Source of the DNA: Mycolicibacterium smegmatis
GTDB lineage: Bacteria; Actinomycetota; Actinomycetes; Mycobacteriales; Mycobacteriaceae
NCBI RefSeq assembly: GCF_001457595.1
Contig: NZ_LN831039.1
Location: 1,290,001 to 1,322,000, forward strand
Direction: 5' to 3'
DNA: 32,000 nucleotides
The position numbers and the translations under genes were made by a program. Shown here piece by piece: positions 30,947 to 32,000 of the stretch; positions within the stretch are counted from its first letter, which is position 1, and each line of letters starts with the position of its first letter. Under the pieces are notes generated by a model, which saw nothing but the letters and a program-made list of their open reading frames with translations, had not been told where the DNA came from and did no database searches.

Positions 30947-31437
30947 CTTCGTTCCGTGGGTCCACGCGTTCACTGGCCCTGTCGACAGTTGTCGGAGACA
31001 CTAGCATAATCAGGATGCGCGAGAGACATCCTGATTCACTGTTCACGCTGAACTGAGACGCGGTGAGACCCGGTTCGGGGCTGGTATCGAGTTGGCTCGG
31101 GCCTCAACTGCAAATTGGCCGTCTTCCCGAGCGCATTCGCAGAAATGTGTCAAACACAGTCCAAGGTATTCCTCGCCAAGAAGCGTTGCAGCTTAGTTGA
31201 TTTGGATAATCGGGGCGCCCCTCCGCGCAACCCGAGCCTTGGGTTCAGCACCGTGCCTCGAGCATGACCGAACCTATGGCGGCCTTGAGAAGGCCAACAC
31301 CACACGACGAAGCCAGCACCACACCCGCGATATCCGGCGGTAAGCGCCGCCCGTCGTTGTCGCGCAGCGGCGCTGCTGAAGATCGAGCACTTCGAGAGCG
31401 ATAGGACCAAGACTGCCCTCGGTGCCGACTGTGCCGC

Positions 31438-32000
31438 TCAGACGATCGGGTCCGGCCCCTTGCCGGTGGCAGCGGCGAAGCGCACCTGTACGTCTTGCCA
31501 GTTGACGACGTTCCAGATCGCCTTCACATAGTCGGCCTTGACGTTCTTGTACTGCAGGTAGTACGCGTGTTCCCACATGTCGACCAGCAACAGCGGGATG
31601 ATTCCCAGTGGGACATTTGCTTGCTGGTCGTACAACTGGAAGGTCAGCAGCCGGTCACCGAGGGTGTCGTAGCCCAACACCGCCCAGCCGGACCCCTGCA
31701 AACCGTTGGCGGCCGCGGTGAACTGCGCGCGAAAGTTGTCGAACGAGCCGAACTGGTCGTCGATCGCAGCCGCGAGATCCCCGGTCGGCTTGTCGCCACC
31801 GTGCGGGGACAGGTTCTTCCACCAGATCGTGTGGTTGACGTGCCCGCCGAGGTGGAACGCAAGGTTCTTCTCGTGCAGGAAGATCGCGCCGTGATCGCCG
31901 TTGGCGCGCGCTTCTTCAAGCTTGGCGATCGCGTCGTTGACGCCCTTGACGTAGGTGGCGTGGTGCTTGCTGTGGTGAATCTCGTTGATCTGTCCGGAGA
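31438..32000 (-). CDS. sodA: Mn/Fe superoxide dismutase, C-terminal ~187 codons (gene start lies beyond the right edge)
   Basis: The track shows only 31438..31701. The same frame stays open to the window end. It reads ...[60 protein letters not shown]...[66 protein letters not shown], with the DxWEHAYY metal-ligand motif. Confidence 0.92.
   Translation of the reverse strand, partial: SGQINEIHHSKHHATYVKGVNDAIAKLEEARANGDHGAIFLHEKNLAFHLGGHVNHTIWWKNLSPHGGDKPTGDLAAAIDDQFGSFDNFRAQFTAAANGLQGSGWAVLGYDTLGDRLLTFQLYDQQANVPLGIIPLLLVDMWEHAYYLQYKNVKADYVKAIWNVVNWQDVQVRFAAATGKGPDPIV

Noticed and set aside
1-32000. Search for CRISPR arrays, tRNA/rRNA genes, IS elements, integrases, and direct repeats flanking the two low-GC islets
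   Set aside because: I found none by eye. There are no regularly spaced repeats, no cloverleaf-like segments, and no transposase- or integrase-like translations in any frame of the track. A computational scan (tRNAscan-SE, ISEScan, a repeat finder) is still needed to exclude short att-like repeats.

Overview
High-GC actinobacterial chromosome segment, almost certainly from a fast-growing mycobacterium (Mycolicibacterium smegmatis-like). It carries the rifampin ADP-ribosyltransferase gene arr preceded by an RAE-like inverted repeat, a KasA-type ketoacyl synthase paralogue, two mycolic-acid-type SAM methyltransferases, a DesA3-like membrane desaturase, a Hanks Ser/Thr kinase and sodA. I support about 36 protein-coding genes plus several hairpins and regulatory repeats. 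I see no rRNA, tRNA, CRISPR array, transposase or integrase. Many long ORFs in the six-frame track are antisense shadows of real genes, which is usual at this GC content, and several track ORFs carry spurious N-terminal extensions that I trimmed. Two islets have clearly lower GC (about 21365-24082 and 29390-31437). Top hunt result: the first islet (21599-24017) holds a three-gene cassette that reads like an ESX/type VII-exported toxin system. It comprises an EspC-like helical partner, a WXG-domain protein ending in a glycine-zipper membrane-active module, and an overlapping four-TM candidate immunity gene. Second: a ~150-nt leader with a C5-GATC-G5 palindrome occurs twice, about 10.4 kb apart (7353-7499 and 17784-17933). 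Each copy drives a tiny Sec-signal His-rich peptide followed by an intrinsic terminator. Third: the KasA paralogue has Asp in place of the catalytic Cys. Everything rests on reading the sequence and recalling protein families; no database search was run.
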